From: Phaeosaccion multiseriatum
Lineage: Eukaryota; Protista; Ochrophyta, other classes
Length of the DNA: 64,000 nucleotides
Reading direction: 5' to 3'
Assembly: GCA_965112735.1 (NCBI GenBank)
Contig: OZ218960.1
Location: forward strand, 3,100,001-3,164,000
Shown: positions 47,401 through 60,515 of the stretch, piece by piece
Numbering within the stretch: the first letter of the stretch is position 1
Layout of the letters: every line of letters starts with the position of its first letter
Translations under genes and position numbers: made by a program
The notes under the pieces: generated by a model
Database searches by the model: none
What the model saw: only the letters and a program-made list of their open reading frames with translations
What the model was told of the DNA's origin: nothing

Positions 47401-48485
47401 GCTGCCTACCGACGCGGGGGGGAGAGTGCTGGAGCTGCTGCTGCTGCTTGACGATCACTGGACCAAGAACAGGCTGGGAACTTACAAGGTTTGTGGGGGA
47501 GGTGGGAGGAGGAGGATGAGGAGGAGGATGAGGAGGAGGATGAGGATGAGGAGCGGAGGAGGAGGAGAAAGAGGAGGAGGAGGAGGAGGAGGAGGAGGAG
47601 GAGACACACTGGATCCCACAACCTTCTCATGCTTTGACCACAAACCCCTCTCGTCCTTCTCTTTCTCTCTCCTTTCTCTCTCTCTCTCTCCCCCCCCCCC
47701 TCCTCTCTCTATTCCCCACTCCCATACCCAATACTGCACACTTCATATCCCATCCCCTCTCCTCCTCTCCTCCTCCCCCCCTCCCTCTGCAGCTGGTGTT
47801 TCTGCACAGTATGGCTTTTAACGTCGTGGAGTTCGCTAACTCCATGCTGGAGTGGATGAGTGAGGACATTGGGAGGAACTTTGACATGCAGCGGCGGAGT
47901 CCGTTCTCGCTCAAGCACACGCACATCCTGCACAGTTTGGAGGAGCTTGACGCCTTAGGGGACCATCCCAAGGTAGGAGGGGTAGTACGTCAATGGAGAT
48001 GGGATGGGTATGAGGTGTGTAACGGTTGGGAGCTTGTCTGTTTCGTCCTGCCTTTCATTGCTTTCTCCCTCTCCTCCCTCCGTTGCCACCCGCCCCCCCC
48101 CCCCTCTCCATCCACTGCCTTCCCCCCATATACCCGCAGGTGGTGCTAACGACAGACTCTTCCCTGGACTTTGGCTTGTCCAAGGCGTTACTAGTGCGAT
48201 GGGGAGGCAATCGGGCCAACACCATCCTCCTCACCAACAGGGTGCGTCCTTTCTCTTATTGGGCATGAGTGGGTCTCTAATTGGGTATGAATGGGCCTTC
48301 TATTGGGCTTTACTTTAGAGGCCTCTTCGTGGGGGCATGACGTGGGCCTATGCCAGGCATTTCGTGGACTTCTTTGTAACTCCCCTCTTCCTCTCACGGC
48401 CTGCCTGCCTGTCTATCCCTCCCTCTCTCTGTCTCTGGCTCCCTGCTTGCCTGCCTCTCTCTCTCTCTCTCTCTCTCTCCTGGCG

Positions 48486-48529
<44 letters not shown>

Positions 48530-51500
48530 CTGGCGTCTCTGTCTATCTCTCTGCCTGCAGGGCGCGGGAGGAGGCAACACCACTTCAAGGCGGCTCCTAG
48601 ATGCCCTCGCCGAAGGCAAGGGAAAGGGCGATGGAGATCCGTCCACTGCCATCCCGCTGGATGTGAGCGTGCCCAGGCGGGTGCTGCTGGAGGGTGCGGA
48701 GCTTGATGAGTATAGGGGGAGGCAGGCCAGGGAGAGGAAGGCGGAGGCCGACCTGTTGGAGCAAAAGAGACAAGTACGTGTGTATGAGAGCTCCATTGAT
48801 ATAAGAGCTCCATTGATAGGAGAGCTCTATTGATATGAGAGCTCTATTGATATGAGAGCTCCATTGATATGAGAGCTCCATTGATATGAGAGCTCTATTG
48901 ATCTGAGAGCTCCATTGATATGAGAGCTCCATTGATATGAGAGCTCTATTGATCTGAGAGCTCCATTGATATGAGAGCTCTATTGATATGAGAGCTCTAT
49001 TGATATGAGAGCTCTATTGATATGAGAGCTCTGAGCGAAGAGGCGAGGGGGGGGGTTCTCCTCTCCTCTCCTCTCTTCTCTTCTTGCTCTGCTCTGCTCT
49101 GCTCTGCTCTGCTCTGCTCTGCTCTGCGCGCTGTCCTTCTCTCTCCTAAGCTGTCCTTCTCTCTCCTGTGTTGTCATGACCCCCTGCGCTGTCCTGAATA
49201 GGCGGAGGAGATGGAGGAGGCAACGGCGGCTATCGCTCACTCCGACGGAGAGGAAGGAGAGGAAGGAGAGGAAGGAGACGGCGATGGGCAGGGGCAGGGA
49301 GGGGCGCCAGGGCCTGTGACCAAGTCTGGACGGGGAGGGAAGGGGGGGGCGAGCAAGAGGAGGAGGTATATGGGCAAGGGTATGAACGTGCCTCTGTTTC
49401 AGAAGTACTCCAAACCGCAGCACCTGATGTTCGGGTGAGTGGGGGGGAGGGGAGAGGATAGAGGGGAGGGAGGAGAGGGAGGAAGGGGATGGAGGAGGGA
49501 GGGAGGGAGGGAGGAAGGGAGGGAGGGAGGGAAGAAGGGAGAGAGCGAGGGAGTGAGTTTGTTGTTCTAGGTACACAAACCCTTCTCTTTACACCCCCTC
49601 CCCCCCTCCTAGAGACAAACTCATTATTAAACGAAGCAAACAAACACACAAGCAACAGCAGAAACGGTAGAACGAAGCTTACATTGCCCCTCCCCTCGCC
49701 CCCTCTGCTCCCCTCTTCCCAAACACCAGGTACCAAGACCCCCCCCTGGAGATGGACGATTACGGACTGAAGGAGGAGCGGCCCATCGAGTGGCTGGAGG
49801 ACCAACTGCTGAAGCAGCAGCAGAGGAGGGACAGGGAGGAGGAGGCACTGGCCAGAGAGGCCAAGGCGGAGCAGAGCTGGGAGGACGTCGTGGTGGAGGA
49901 GGAAGAGAGGTGAGTGAGTGAGTGAGTGAGTGAGTGAGTGAGTGAGTCAGTCAGAGAGGGAAGGAGGGCAGTAGGGAGGGCATGAGCGCCCTTTCGAGCA
50001 GGACGGACTTCCCGCCCCTTGCCCTTGCGTCAGCCCTGACACTTTCCCTCTTCGTCCTCTGCGTCCCCCCATCCCGTGTGTGTCTTGTCTTCTTCCTTCT
50101 TCCTGTCTGCCTGCCCGATTACTCTCTCTCTCTCTCTCTCTCTCTCTCCTTCTCTCGTGATGTTCTCGTGTTGTGGACTCACAGATGGGTGTATTCCGGC
50201 CCAAACTACGCGGGCATGGGCCTCCCCACCACCGGGCGCAGCAGTGGGGGCGGCGGCATGAGAGCGAGGCACCAGGGGGGCGGCCGGGGGGAGGGGCTGG
50301 AGAGGGAGGGCGAGGAGGTGGGCGGAGCCGGGGGAGAGTTTCCGAGTGGACGAGGAGGGGCAGGAGCACAGGGAGAGGGGCCGGACGACCCCCTGCTCGG
50401 CGACACACTCGTAGGTACGCGTACGTATCAAATGCCCCCCCCGGGTGGGTAGTTTGGAGTTGCGGCGCGCAGTGCCGTCCAGTGCTCAAGCAGAGGAGAC
50501 AGGGAGACCTTCCACTGCCATCTAGAGAGACCTTCCCAACGACGTCCTCCTCCTCCTCCTCCTCCTCCTCCTCCTCCTCCTCCTCCTCCTCCTCCTCCTC
50601 CTCCTCCTCCTCCTCCTCCTCCTCCTCCTCCTCCTCATTCTCCTCTTCCTCCTCCTCCTCCTCCTCCTCCTCCTCCTCCTCCTCCTCCTCCTCATTCTCC
50701 TCCTCCTCATTCTCCTCCTCCTCATTCTCCTCCTCCTCCTCCTCCTCCTCCTCCTCCTCCTCCTCTCCTCCTCATGTCTTCCCTCGCCTTCCCTCCCCTG
50801 CCAGGCCGGAGCGAGGCCGCGTACTTCGCTCACGAGGAGGACGAGGACTTCCCCAGCCGGGTCATCAGAGTCGACCAACGCGTGGACGTTGCCGCCAAGG
50901 TAAGTCAAAGTCAGTGCAGTGGATGGGTCCTCCCTGGATGGCAGTGGAAGGGAATGGATGGCAGTGGATGGCTGACAGGAACAACGGACGCCGTCACGCC
51001 CCCTCTGGCCCCCTCGGGTTAGTCTCGGTGGTCAATGCTCCACCCCCCCAATCCACCTCCCCTCATCTATTGCCAAACGCCAACTGTGATGACTGGATGA
51101 CTGGATGACTGAATGACCAACAGGTGTTGTATGTGGACGTGGAGGGTCTGTCTGACGGGCGCTCTCTGAAGAACGTCATCTCCAATGTGGGCCCCAAGCG
51201 GCTCATTGTCGTGGGGGCGAGTGAGGAGTGCGCTAAGGTGAGGAAGGCTTAGATGGCAGCAGAAGGGAGAGGGAGGAAATGTGAACGTAGTCGGTCCGAA
51301 TCAGGAGGATTCGGGCTCAGAGTGGAACAGAAGGTTGAGGTAGAGAGAGAGAGGGGGGGGGGGTGGGATCAAGCATATGGGAATCAGTCAGTCAGGCACA
51401 CAAATTGAGGCAGCGAGTGGGAACTGAGTAGGCCTCCGTAGGCCTCCGCTCTCATATGAAGCATACATCATAGCTCTTTCTCACTGCCTTGTTTCCTCAC

Positions 51501-52351
51501 CTTCGTGACTGATGTACTTACACGCACACTTACTGACTACCTTTAGGCGCTGTCTGCCGACGTGCTGCGGGGAGGGCAGTTTCAGAAAGAGATGGTCATG
51601 ACTCCCGAGCCAATGGAGCAGGTGAGAGGGGAGCGGGGAGGGGGGGGGGAGGGCGCAGTGACGGACTGTCTGAATCACTGACTGAATACCTGACCGACGA
51701 ACTCACTCACGCACTCACCTCACTCACTGACCACAACCAACCAGCCAACCAGCCAGCCGACCAACCAACCAACCGACTGACCAACCCACCCACCAACCAG
51801 CCAGCCAACCAACCAGCAAACCAACCAACCAACCAACGAACCAGCCGACCAACTAACCCACCAACAGACCAACCCACCCACCAACCAACAAGCCAACCAG
51901 CCAACCAGGCAACCAACTAACCAAATAATCAACCAACAAACCAACCAACACACCAACCAACCAACCAACCAACCAACCAACCAACCAACCAACCAACCAA
52001 CAAACCAACCCACCAACCAGCCATCTCACTACCCCCCTGTCCACCACCCCACCCCATCCCCCACAGGTTACCGTAGCGCTGGACACTGATGTGCTGGAGG
52101 TGCTCATGGCGGACTCCTTGTACACCAAGCTGCAGTGGCACCACGTTAGAGGACACGAGGTGGCCTATGTGGAATGCAATGTGTCGCAGGTCCAGCAGCA
52201 GGACAATAAGGCCCAGCAGCAGAACCTTCCGCAGAACATTCCGCTGCTGCAGGCCAGGCAGGAGGGAGAGCCGCAGGGGCACCCCGCTATCTTCCTCAGC
52301 CACGGAGAGGTGAAGGTTGTCGACCTCAAGCCCGCTCTAGAGGTGTGTGTA

Positions 52352-52419
<68 letters not shown>

Positions 52420-52689
52420 CACGGAGAGGTAGATGCTCACTCTCCCCCCTCCTGCCCTCCGTCCACTGCCATCCCCACCCTCCTCCCACCCTCCTCCCAC
52501 CCTCCTCCTTAGCGAGCGGGAGTGTCAGTGGACTTCACCGCCGGCGTGTTGCGGTGCGCCACCCCAGATGGCGACGTCGTGGTGAAGCGTAGCACCACTC
52601 GTGGAGGCCGCCTGGTGGTGGAGGGGGCCATGGGGGATGACTTCTTCAAGATCCGAGGCATCGTGTACAGCGCCTTCACAGTCGTGTAG
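44402..52689 (+). CDS. CPSF2: Cleavage and polyadenylation specificity factor subunit 2 (CPSF100), multi-exon
   Basis: FTPLYG...[160 protein letters not shown]. One GC-AG intron (45863-46144). AATAAA at 52715-52720. Confidence 0.94.
48784..49033 (+). repeat. 17-bp minisatellite ATTGAT(A/C)TGAGAGCTC(C/T) at the start of a CPSF2 intron
   Basis: About 14-15 copies following the donor near 48774. Confidence 0.9.
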
Positions 52690-52884
52690 GCAGTTACTCG
52701 CTGCTTTACCGTTTAATAAACAAGAATCAATTGATGAAAACGATTGTTGGTAATGAATTAGAAAGAGCTGCACGATGGCGCAATGGAGCAGCCCTACCCT
52801 TCGCAATCGTATGGGCGCCGCTCCATACTTCGTAGTACTTGGTCGTACATTCCTAGTAGGAAATAGAGTTGCGATCAGAACAAG

Positions 52885-53398
52885 TCCTATCGCATGGAAG
52901 GAAGGCCTTGTAGTGCTCCTATCGCATGGAAGGAAGGCCTTGTAGTGCTCCTATCGCATGGAAGGAAGGCCTTGTAGTGCTCCTATCGCATGGAAGGAAG
53001 GCCTTGTAGTGCTCCTATCGCATGGAAGGAAGGCCTTGTAGTGCTCCTATCGCGTGGAAGGAAGGCCTTGTAGTGCTCCTATCGCATGAAAGGAAGGCCT
53101 TGTAGTGCTCCTATCGCATGGAAGGAAGGCCTTGTAGTGCTCCTATCGCATGGAAGGAAGGCCTTGTAGTGCTCCTATCGCGTGGAAGGAAGGCCTTGTA
53201 GTGCTCCTATCGCATGAAAGGAAGGCCTTGTAGTGCTCCTATCGCATGGAAGGAAGGCCTTGTAGTGCTCCTATCGCATGAAAGGAAGGCCTTGTAGTGC
53301 TCCTATCGCATGGAAGGAAGGCCTAGTGCTCCTATCGCATGAAAGGAAGGCCTTGTAGTGCTCCTATCGCATGGAAGGAAGGCCTTGTAGTGCTCCTA
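52885..53398. repeat. 32-bp minisatellite (~16 copies) between convergent gene ends
   Basis: Unit TCCTATCGCATGGAAGGAAGGCCTTGTAGTGC, head-to-tail with no spacers. Confidence 0.95.
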
Positions 53399-54356
53399 AT
53401 CATACAAATGCCTACATCGCCGCACCTCAACAAGGCCAGACCCTGTCTCCTCCTTCCCCGTTGGCTCTATGAACTTGATGAACTTCACTGCCTTCTCACC
53501 TTTGAACTTCACTGCCTTATCAGCGTTTGCCTCGGCCGGCAGAGACGTGAGCACCTGACAGAGCGGTCGGGGGTTGCCCTTGATGTGGAAGGGCACCAGG
53601 CTGGGGGGGCAGTCCGTGCACAGCTCGAAGCTCGCCTTGGCTTCCTCGATCCTTTGGCTTAGATTGGGGACTGCGTCGGCCCTTTGTTGTACTTTCTCCT
53701 TCGACGTCAGCGCAGTGGCTATGGCCATTTGAGCTTTTTGGAGCGATGGAAGCCCAGCATGGGGCGGTGGTGGAGAGGGGGGGGGGGAGCGAGGGGACCG
53801 AGGCAACGAAGCAAACATGTCGGGGAGACGGGAAGAAGAGGGGGCGCGTGAATGATCTTGGCTGCGGCAAGCCACGAGCGAACGGGGAAAGGGAACGGGA
53901 AAGGGACTCCTCCTCGGACAAGGAAGGGGCGGTATCCCTCGGGGGCAAGCAAAAGTAACTTGGCTGGCCGGACGGGGCGCAGGCCGCCTTTGTACCACTA
54001 CGCACTCACGCCGCACGCACACACATACATACACACACACGCACACACACACACACACACATACACACACACACACACACACGCGCGCGCGTACCTATCA
54101 TGCCCGTGACGTTAGAGACGATCATGTGCTTGCCTTCCCCAGACTCCGCCCAGGAGGCAGGGTCGTCGCGGCGTCCGACGGGCCGGTGGAAGTGCAGGGA
54201 GCCCGAAAAGCCCGTGGGGCTCTCATTCTGGTGGAAGAACGCTTGATACATGGAGAAGGTGGATAAGTGGTGCACCCGGGCGTCCCCGCCGGCTGACCAC
54301 GTTTGATCGGCAGCAGTCAGCCACTGGGCCTTCGTTCCTCTCGTTCCAGCAGGCAC
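53396..54356 (-). CDS. Hypothetical protein (at least two exons; 5' end unresolved)
   Basis: An in-frame splice ATAG|GTACGC (~54095) to AAAAAG|CTCAAATG (~53732) joins two non-repetitive coding-like frames (...KHMIVSNVTGMI-AQMAIATALTSKEK...RRCRHLYD*). No family recognised. Confidence 0.35.
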
Positions 54357-54885
54357 AGACGAAGCCTTACGTCAGATCTCGCCAGCCGAAGAACTCGGCG
54401 CGACCTCCACGTCGGGCGCTGATCTGACAAAAAGAGGAAGGGCTGTGTGCGGCAACAAAGGCCGGATTGGAAAGACAGCAACGCCGGAAGAAGCTGATGC
54501 AAGAGAGAACTGTGAGGGGGGGGTAGTGGTTGTGAAGGTTGTGGTTGTGGTAGGGCGGAATGACTCGGCGGCCGTGAGCTCTTCTTGTGGTAAGGAGGCC
54601 GGGGGGAGGGGCCGCCAGCGGCCCACACGATGCTCCAAACGCGTGGTGTGTGGAGGGCGGCGGCAGCAGGTCAGCTCCTCTCTCTTCACACAAGGGCTCT
54701 AATCAGCAAGAAGTATAGCGAGTGCTTACGTGAGAAGGGTGGGGCTCCAGGGAATGAGGCGTTCGCCCGGTTCAGCGCCGTAGAGATGAGCATGTGAAGG
54801 CGGCGCAAGCAGCTATGCGACAGAATCCAAGTGTCCCTCTGGATTTCCAAGTTCAGTGCTACTGTAACGTGTCTTCTTCCGGGGA

Positions 54886-55056
54886 AAAAAGGCTACAGAT
54901 TTTCCAGAGGCTTCCGTGGTGATCCGCCTCCCGCTCCAGAGACTCCTTCCCATTCGCTGCCGATCTGGAGAGTAACATTCAAAGAAGAGGGGCCAGGCAT
55001 TCGAGCAGTAGTGGCGTAGCGTAGTCGCTGCAGGCTGCTTCGAAGAGCAAGGGAGG
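54886..55056 (+). repeat. Degraded dispersed repeat, copy 1 (others at ~59680-59840 and ~60321-60515)
   Basis: Shared blocks TTTCCAGAGGC, GGTGATCCGCCTCCCG, ATTCGCTGC, AAAGAAGAG, CAGTAGTG(G/C)CGTAG and CTTCGAAG(A/T)GCAAG, all in the same orientation. Confidence 0.75.
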
Positions 55057-55817
55057 AGAAAGAAGGTGTAGCGGCGCAGGTACACAAGCAAGCAGTCGAA
55101 GGAATCAGAAGTTAATACGTGGTATGGGCTGCCCTACTTCCTTTCACTTGGCCTTGGTGCTACTTGTCTATGATTGTGTGTGTGCGTGCGTGCGTGTGCG
55201 CAGAGCAAGTTCCTTTGATTGGAAAGCTGCTGACGGTCCTCCAGCGCGTCCTCAGGGAATGGTGCCAAGTCCTTGTCTCACGTCAAGGAGGAGACGCCGC
55301 TCGTCTGTTGAGGCCCCCCGTGTACTGCATCACGTAGAGACGTCTCTTGACAGCGCTGGGCCTGGGGTGATGACTCAATTCTCAACTCCTCAGCCGTCTA
55401 TCCCCCTCTATACCGCTCTCATGCTCCCGCTTCCAAAGCCGTGCCAAAGCCCCATCCCTTTCCCCTGCGGCCCACTCCTAAACGTACTGAATGTCGGGGC
55501 CCACACTGAAAGTTGAGCTCCCCAATGTCGACGTTCCTGTTCCATATACTTCCACGGTCCACTTGATACCTCTTCGCTGCGTCCCCGTCAGAGCTTTTGT
55601 GTATCTATGCCCTCTGGCAGGCAAATGCCGGAGTGAAGGCCCTCTGTGGAAAGAGGACGGAGAAAGGCGAGAGAGGGGTGATGCCCCCCAAACGCGTCCA
55701 CCCTGAGCAGCGAAGGGAAGCTCCACCATCCCGTCAAGAAGTGCACACGCGGTAGCCTCTCACCCATACACCTGCAGCTCCGCTTCGCACCCTTCGCCCC
55801 CCTCAGTCAGCAATGTC

Positions 55818-57623
55818 CTATAGGATGCGGCAGGCCGTGCCCTTGTCAGCCTCGACCTCGTCACAGTCGTCCCAGTCCTCCTCTGTAGAGAGCACTTCCG
55901 AAGCGGACTCCGCGTCCACGTGCTCCGAATGTGCCACGTCCAGAGCCGGGCGGGGCTCGGGCTGGTGCCGCGCGGGTGGAGGGCCCATCTCCACCTCCCC
56001 CCCTGCGTCTGCCTGAGACCCCTGTTCACTGGCTCGAACCCCCCCCCACCACCAGGGCTTCCCCCCCGGGGGTTGGGCACCATGGAGTCGGGGAGGCATC
56101 GCCTTCGAAGCGGCCTTGTCGAGGAGTTTCTGTGGTCCGACTCCGGGGGGGCGGGCCTTACCGCTGTGGCCCAGTAACCTTCTCGGAAAGCTCCTCGAGC
56201 CACTCCGGGAAGAGTCTGCTACTGTTTCTGCGCCTGCACTGCCGCTGCGCTTCGCTTGTCGCCCTCGGGATGGACGGGGCGTTCCCGGGGGTGGGCCTGA
56301 TGCAGAAGAAGGGTTCAAGACCTTGCGCACTTCTGTATCACCAACTGTTGTGCTGGGTGCTCCCCCCTCCGGCTCTTGGAGAGAGCACGCAATAGCCAAC
56401 CCCAGCAGCTCGTCCTCCTCCTCGTTCTCCTCGTCCTCCTCGTCCTCCTCGTCCTCCGTCTCCTTCTTCTTCTCCTCCTCCTCCTCCTCCTCCTCCTCCT
56501 CCTCCTCCTCCTCCTCCTCCTCCTCCTCCTCCTCCTCCTCCTCCTCCTCCTCCTCCTCCTCCTCCTCCTCCTCCTCCTCCTCCTCCTCCTCCTCCTCCTT
56601 CTCGGCCTCCTCGTCCTCTTCATCCTCCTCCTTGCCCCCCTCCCCAGGCTCCTGTACCCCTTCCGTGTCGAGAGGCCCGGCACCGGCAGGGAGATGCATG
56701 GCACAGTCTCGGAGCCGCGGAGTCGTCTCGATCTTCGCAGCGGGGGGCGAAGCGCTTGGGGGCCCGCGGGGGACGGACAGCCCATGGCCATGGCTATCAG
56801 CCGCCCCCACGCCCACACCCTCCTGCCCGCTCTCGACGGGGGGCTTCCTCTCCGCAACCTCTATCGACGCTGGGGGGCAGACAACAGGGAGGATGACAGT
56901 CGATGGAGGGAGGGGCAACGAATGTTCAATGTGATGTGCACAGGCACATGGAGAGGTCGGCGAGAGGGGAGAGGAGGGCTGGCAGTCAGTCAGCGAGGGT
57001 GGCAGGACGGTAGTGGGAGCTAGTCTGGGTGGGATAGGTATGCGGCTGGCCAGGTGAGTGCGGCGCCCTGGAGGGACCTTATCCCCCCCGCCACCGGAAC
57101 CTGAACAGTCGGCCAGTCACTCAGTCACCAAGTCAAGTCGCGGCTTCTGTGAGACCCTTCATGCACGCACACGCACGCACACGCACGCACACGCACGCAC
57201 ACGCACGCACACGCACGTACCTCTCAGCAGCTCTTCAACGTCTGCGCGGCCGTGCCGGGCGGCTAGTTCGATGCTGTTGTAGCCGTCAGCGTCCTTACTG
57301 AGCACGTCCGCCCCAGCCCTCAGCAATTCGCCCGCGCAGCGCACGCCCCCGTGCCGCGCGGCGAGTTGCAGTGGGGTTGCGCCGTGGGCACCCTGGGTCA
57401 TCTGCGTGATGTCCGCGCCCTCGTCGATCAGCACCCGGACCAGCCTGTATCTCTGGTCGTTCATACACGCCCAGTGAAGGGCCTGTGGGCGTGGGAGTGA
57501 GCGTGACTGAGCAGGGCCGGGCTTTGCCAAGGGCTGAAGGAGGAAAGAAGGCCCGCCCCAAGGGGTCAGAGCGGACATTTCCCCAAATGGATGGCGCGAG
57601 GCTCGACCGGAACAATAGACACA

Positions 57624-57654
<31 letters not shown>

Positions 57655-59380
57655 CTCCCTATCAGCTTGGCTGCCTGCGCTGCGATCTGGTTCAAACCTG
57701 AGTATGACAAACATCATCAGCTATTCCATGCCCCACCCACCCACCCACGCACCGTGCCGATGCCCCCGAAGCCATAGTCCTTGAGCACCTCCTCCTTGTC
57801 GCGCCATTTGAGCATCAGCTTGAGCACGTTAAGCCGCAGCGTCATCATCGCAAAGGCGAAGGCGGACAAGTGCTCCTTCCCGTCCTTCCGCGTCACGTCT
57901 GCCTCCTCCTCTCCGGGGTTGGTCCGCGCGCTCAGAAGCACACGCACCACTTCGTCACCCTTGGCCCGATCCTCGCAATCTCGCAGCGCGGAGTGGAGGG
58001 GCGTGTAGAGGCCACGACCCGAGCAGTGATCTATGGCGTTGATGCCGGCGCCTTTGCTCAGCAGCAGCTTCACAGCGCGAGCGTCCCCGGCCATGCAGCT
58101 CGTGTGGAGTGGCGAGCGCCCCTCCGGGAAGTTGATTTGCGCTCCAGCATCGAGGAGCAGCTGCGCCATGCGGTACGATGACTTGCCGGCCCGCTCGCAT
58201 GCCCAATGTAAGGCCGTGGCGTTGGGCGTCAGCTCCTTCGGGCAGCGCGCGTTGACGTTCGCGTGGCCTGTCGTAAGCAAGAAGGTGACAAAGTTCGCAT
58301 GGCCCACTACCGAGGCGATCATGAGTGCAGTCCTGTCGGTCGAGGACGGAGAGGGAGGCCATCGGAAGGTGCCGCAGCGAGGTAGAGGGGGGGAGGGGTC
58401 GGGAAGAGGAAGTGATCAAGCCAAGCAAAGTGAAGCAAAGGGAAGCAAACGGGGTGTGAGCATGGTGAAACAAATGCCAACAGAGGGATAGTCGCACTAC
58501 CAAAGATGTGATGCATATCATGCGTCTCCTGAAGTGTATTTGGCGGATAATGTGGGTATACTTCTTCCAACACCCAGTAGCAGAGGCCGAACTCCGCTGG
58601 TACTCCTCGTTCGGGATAGGGGGCAGATGAAAGCAGGATGACTGCTTAGGCATGGCAGACGGCCGAGGGCGGGAGGCGGTCAGAGTGTCTCGGGAAGCGC
58701 GTGCCTCGCCTACTCAAGTGACTGCTCTACTCTCATGTGCCCGCCGGCCCCCGCATGCATCAAGCCAAACAAAGCCGGTCTGTATAGGGTGCACCCAACT
58801 TACTGTCCAAAGGGGTCGCAGGTGTCTTCGACGTCGACGCCTCTCTCAATCAGCTGACTGGCGACGGTGACGTCCCCCTCAAGAGCGCAGCAGTGAAGGG
58901 CGGTGATCTTGGGGATGGAGATGTCGAGCGCAGGCTCCTCGATGTCTTCCCTCTCCGCTTGGTGCAGGAGCAGCTGCTCACTGAAGGCTGCGCCTGCCGG
59001 CCATCGTAGGGCATCATTGAAGTGGGGAAGAAAGAAGGATCACGACACAAGTAGGAGGACAGGGACAGCCATAGCAGCAGCCAGACAGTAGGGCTGGGGT
59101 GAAGGTAAGGTAGAGTTTCTCCACACGTGAGGTACTTCTCTCTCTCTCTCTCTCTTCACTTACGTGCTTGCTCTTGTGCCCGCTCACGTCGCTTCCTCTT
59201 CTCTTGGTTATGAAGCTGCCTCGCGATTTCTTCCTCGAACTGCTGCCGAGCCGCTTCATTTGATGCTTCTTCTTGTGCGCCGCCGTCCTGGGCTGGGCGC
59301 TGCTCAGCGATGGCACTTGCCTCTCCTTCTTGGGCGGGACTGGCACAGCTGATCTCGTCTTCCGAACCGCCGGCCTGCAT
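55818..59380 (-). CDS. Ankyrin-repeat protein with poly-Glu/disordered C-terminal region
   Basis: Exons 59380-59164, 58993-58804, 58332-~57745, a small exon ~57696-57655, ~57482-57221 and ~56860-55818. Ankyrin motifs ITALHCCALEG, DPFGQTALMIAS (spliced), TALHWAC, GRSPLHTSC, TPLHSAL, ATPLQLAARHG. One internal junction is uncertain. Confidence 0.85.
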
Positions 59381-59679
59381 TGTCAGCTGCTTCTCCCACT
59401 GCTGCTCTGCAATCCAGAGCTAGCGCGAAGCCAGCACAGTCTTGCAGGTGATGAGAATCGGCAAAGGAGGACCCGCTTTGCGAGCACTCGCTTGCTCACG
59501 CTGCCGCGAGATCGGACTGAATTGCCATGAAGGAGGTTGGCCAGGCCAGGGGCAGTGGGAGATGTGAGTGGGAGGGCAGCCTTTTGATGCCTGTGGTGTC
59601 GTCTGGAGCGGCTATCGAGGCTTGAGCGGCGGAGCAGCGACAGTTTGTCTCTTTTTGGCCAAATTCTGGCCCCGACCCC

Positions 59680-59840
59680 CTGGGAACAAATGAAGGCCTC
59701 AGCTCTTTCCAGAGGCATTTCTCTCCTCATTCGCTGCAGGGGCGGAGAGTGAGATGCAAAGAAGAGAGGTCAGGCACTTGACCAGTAGTGCCGTAGCGTG
59801 GTAGCTGCTGGCCCAGACTTCGAAGAGCAAGCGAGGGGCC
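59680..59840 (+). repeat. Degraded dispersed repeat, copy 2
   Basis: GGGAACAAATGAAGGCCTC is shared with copy 3; downstream blocks are shared with copy 1. Confidence 0.75.
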
Positions 59841-60320
59841 AGGAGACTGGGCTGAGGGTCGCCAAGGAGACATGGGTTCGGTGTTGAAAGTGTACGGATG
59901 AGGGGCATGCAAGATATCAAAGCACTTCTCCAAGAGCAGGGTGGAGGAGAAGCAGCCTACCTCGCTGTAGGCATGAGAGGCGGGAGCGGTGGAGCGAGTG
60001 AGCTCATATCTCAAGCGCACGAAAACCGAGTCCACAAGCTCTACTACAAACAGTACAGCCTTGCCCAGAGCAAAAGCGAACCCCGCTACGTCGACGGCAA
60101 GTCCTTCTCGTTGTCCAAATCGGTCGCATCCACAACAACACATCTCTCTTTACCCATGATCCCTGGCGGCCAGCTTCTGACTCTACTCTCCTCTCGCTCG
60201 CTCTCTCTCTTTAGGCACGAAGGATGGACTGGCTCACGTCTGACCTCGCCGTGCCGATGGACTCCGTGCTTCCTCGGCTTCAGGAGCTAAACCTGAGGAA
60301 GAGACGGGGATGAGCCCCTT

Positions 60321-60515
60321 GGGGAACAAATGAAGGCCTCGGATTTTCCAGAGGCCTCCACGGTGATCCGCCTCCCGTTCGCGCCATTTTCTCCCCTTTC
60401 ACAAGGAGAAGTAATATGCCAAGAAACAGAGGTCGCACTTGGCCAGCGGTGGCGTAGTTGTGTTGCTTGACCAGTGGTGGTATGATTGGGCCGCTTCGAA
60501 GTGCAAGCGAGGGGA
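60321..60515 (+). repeat. Degraded dispersed repeat, copy 3
   Basis: Shares the blocks listed for copies 1 and 2. Confidence 0.75.

Noticed and set aside
52885-53398. CRISPR array (32-bp repeats)
   Set aside because: Units are head-to-tail with no unique spacers, there are no cas genes, and the context is eukaryotic.
59898-60290. 130-aa plus-strand ORF as a real gene
   Set aside because: No recognisable domain, it lies between two decayed repeat copies, and it ends in low-complexity sequence; insufficient support.
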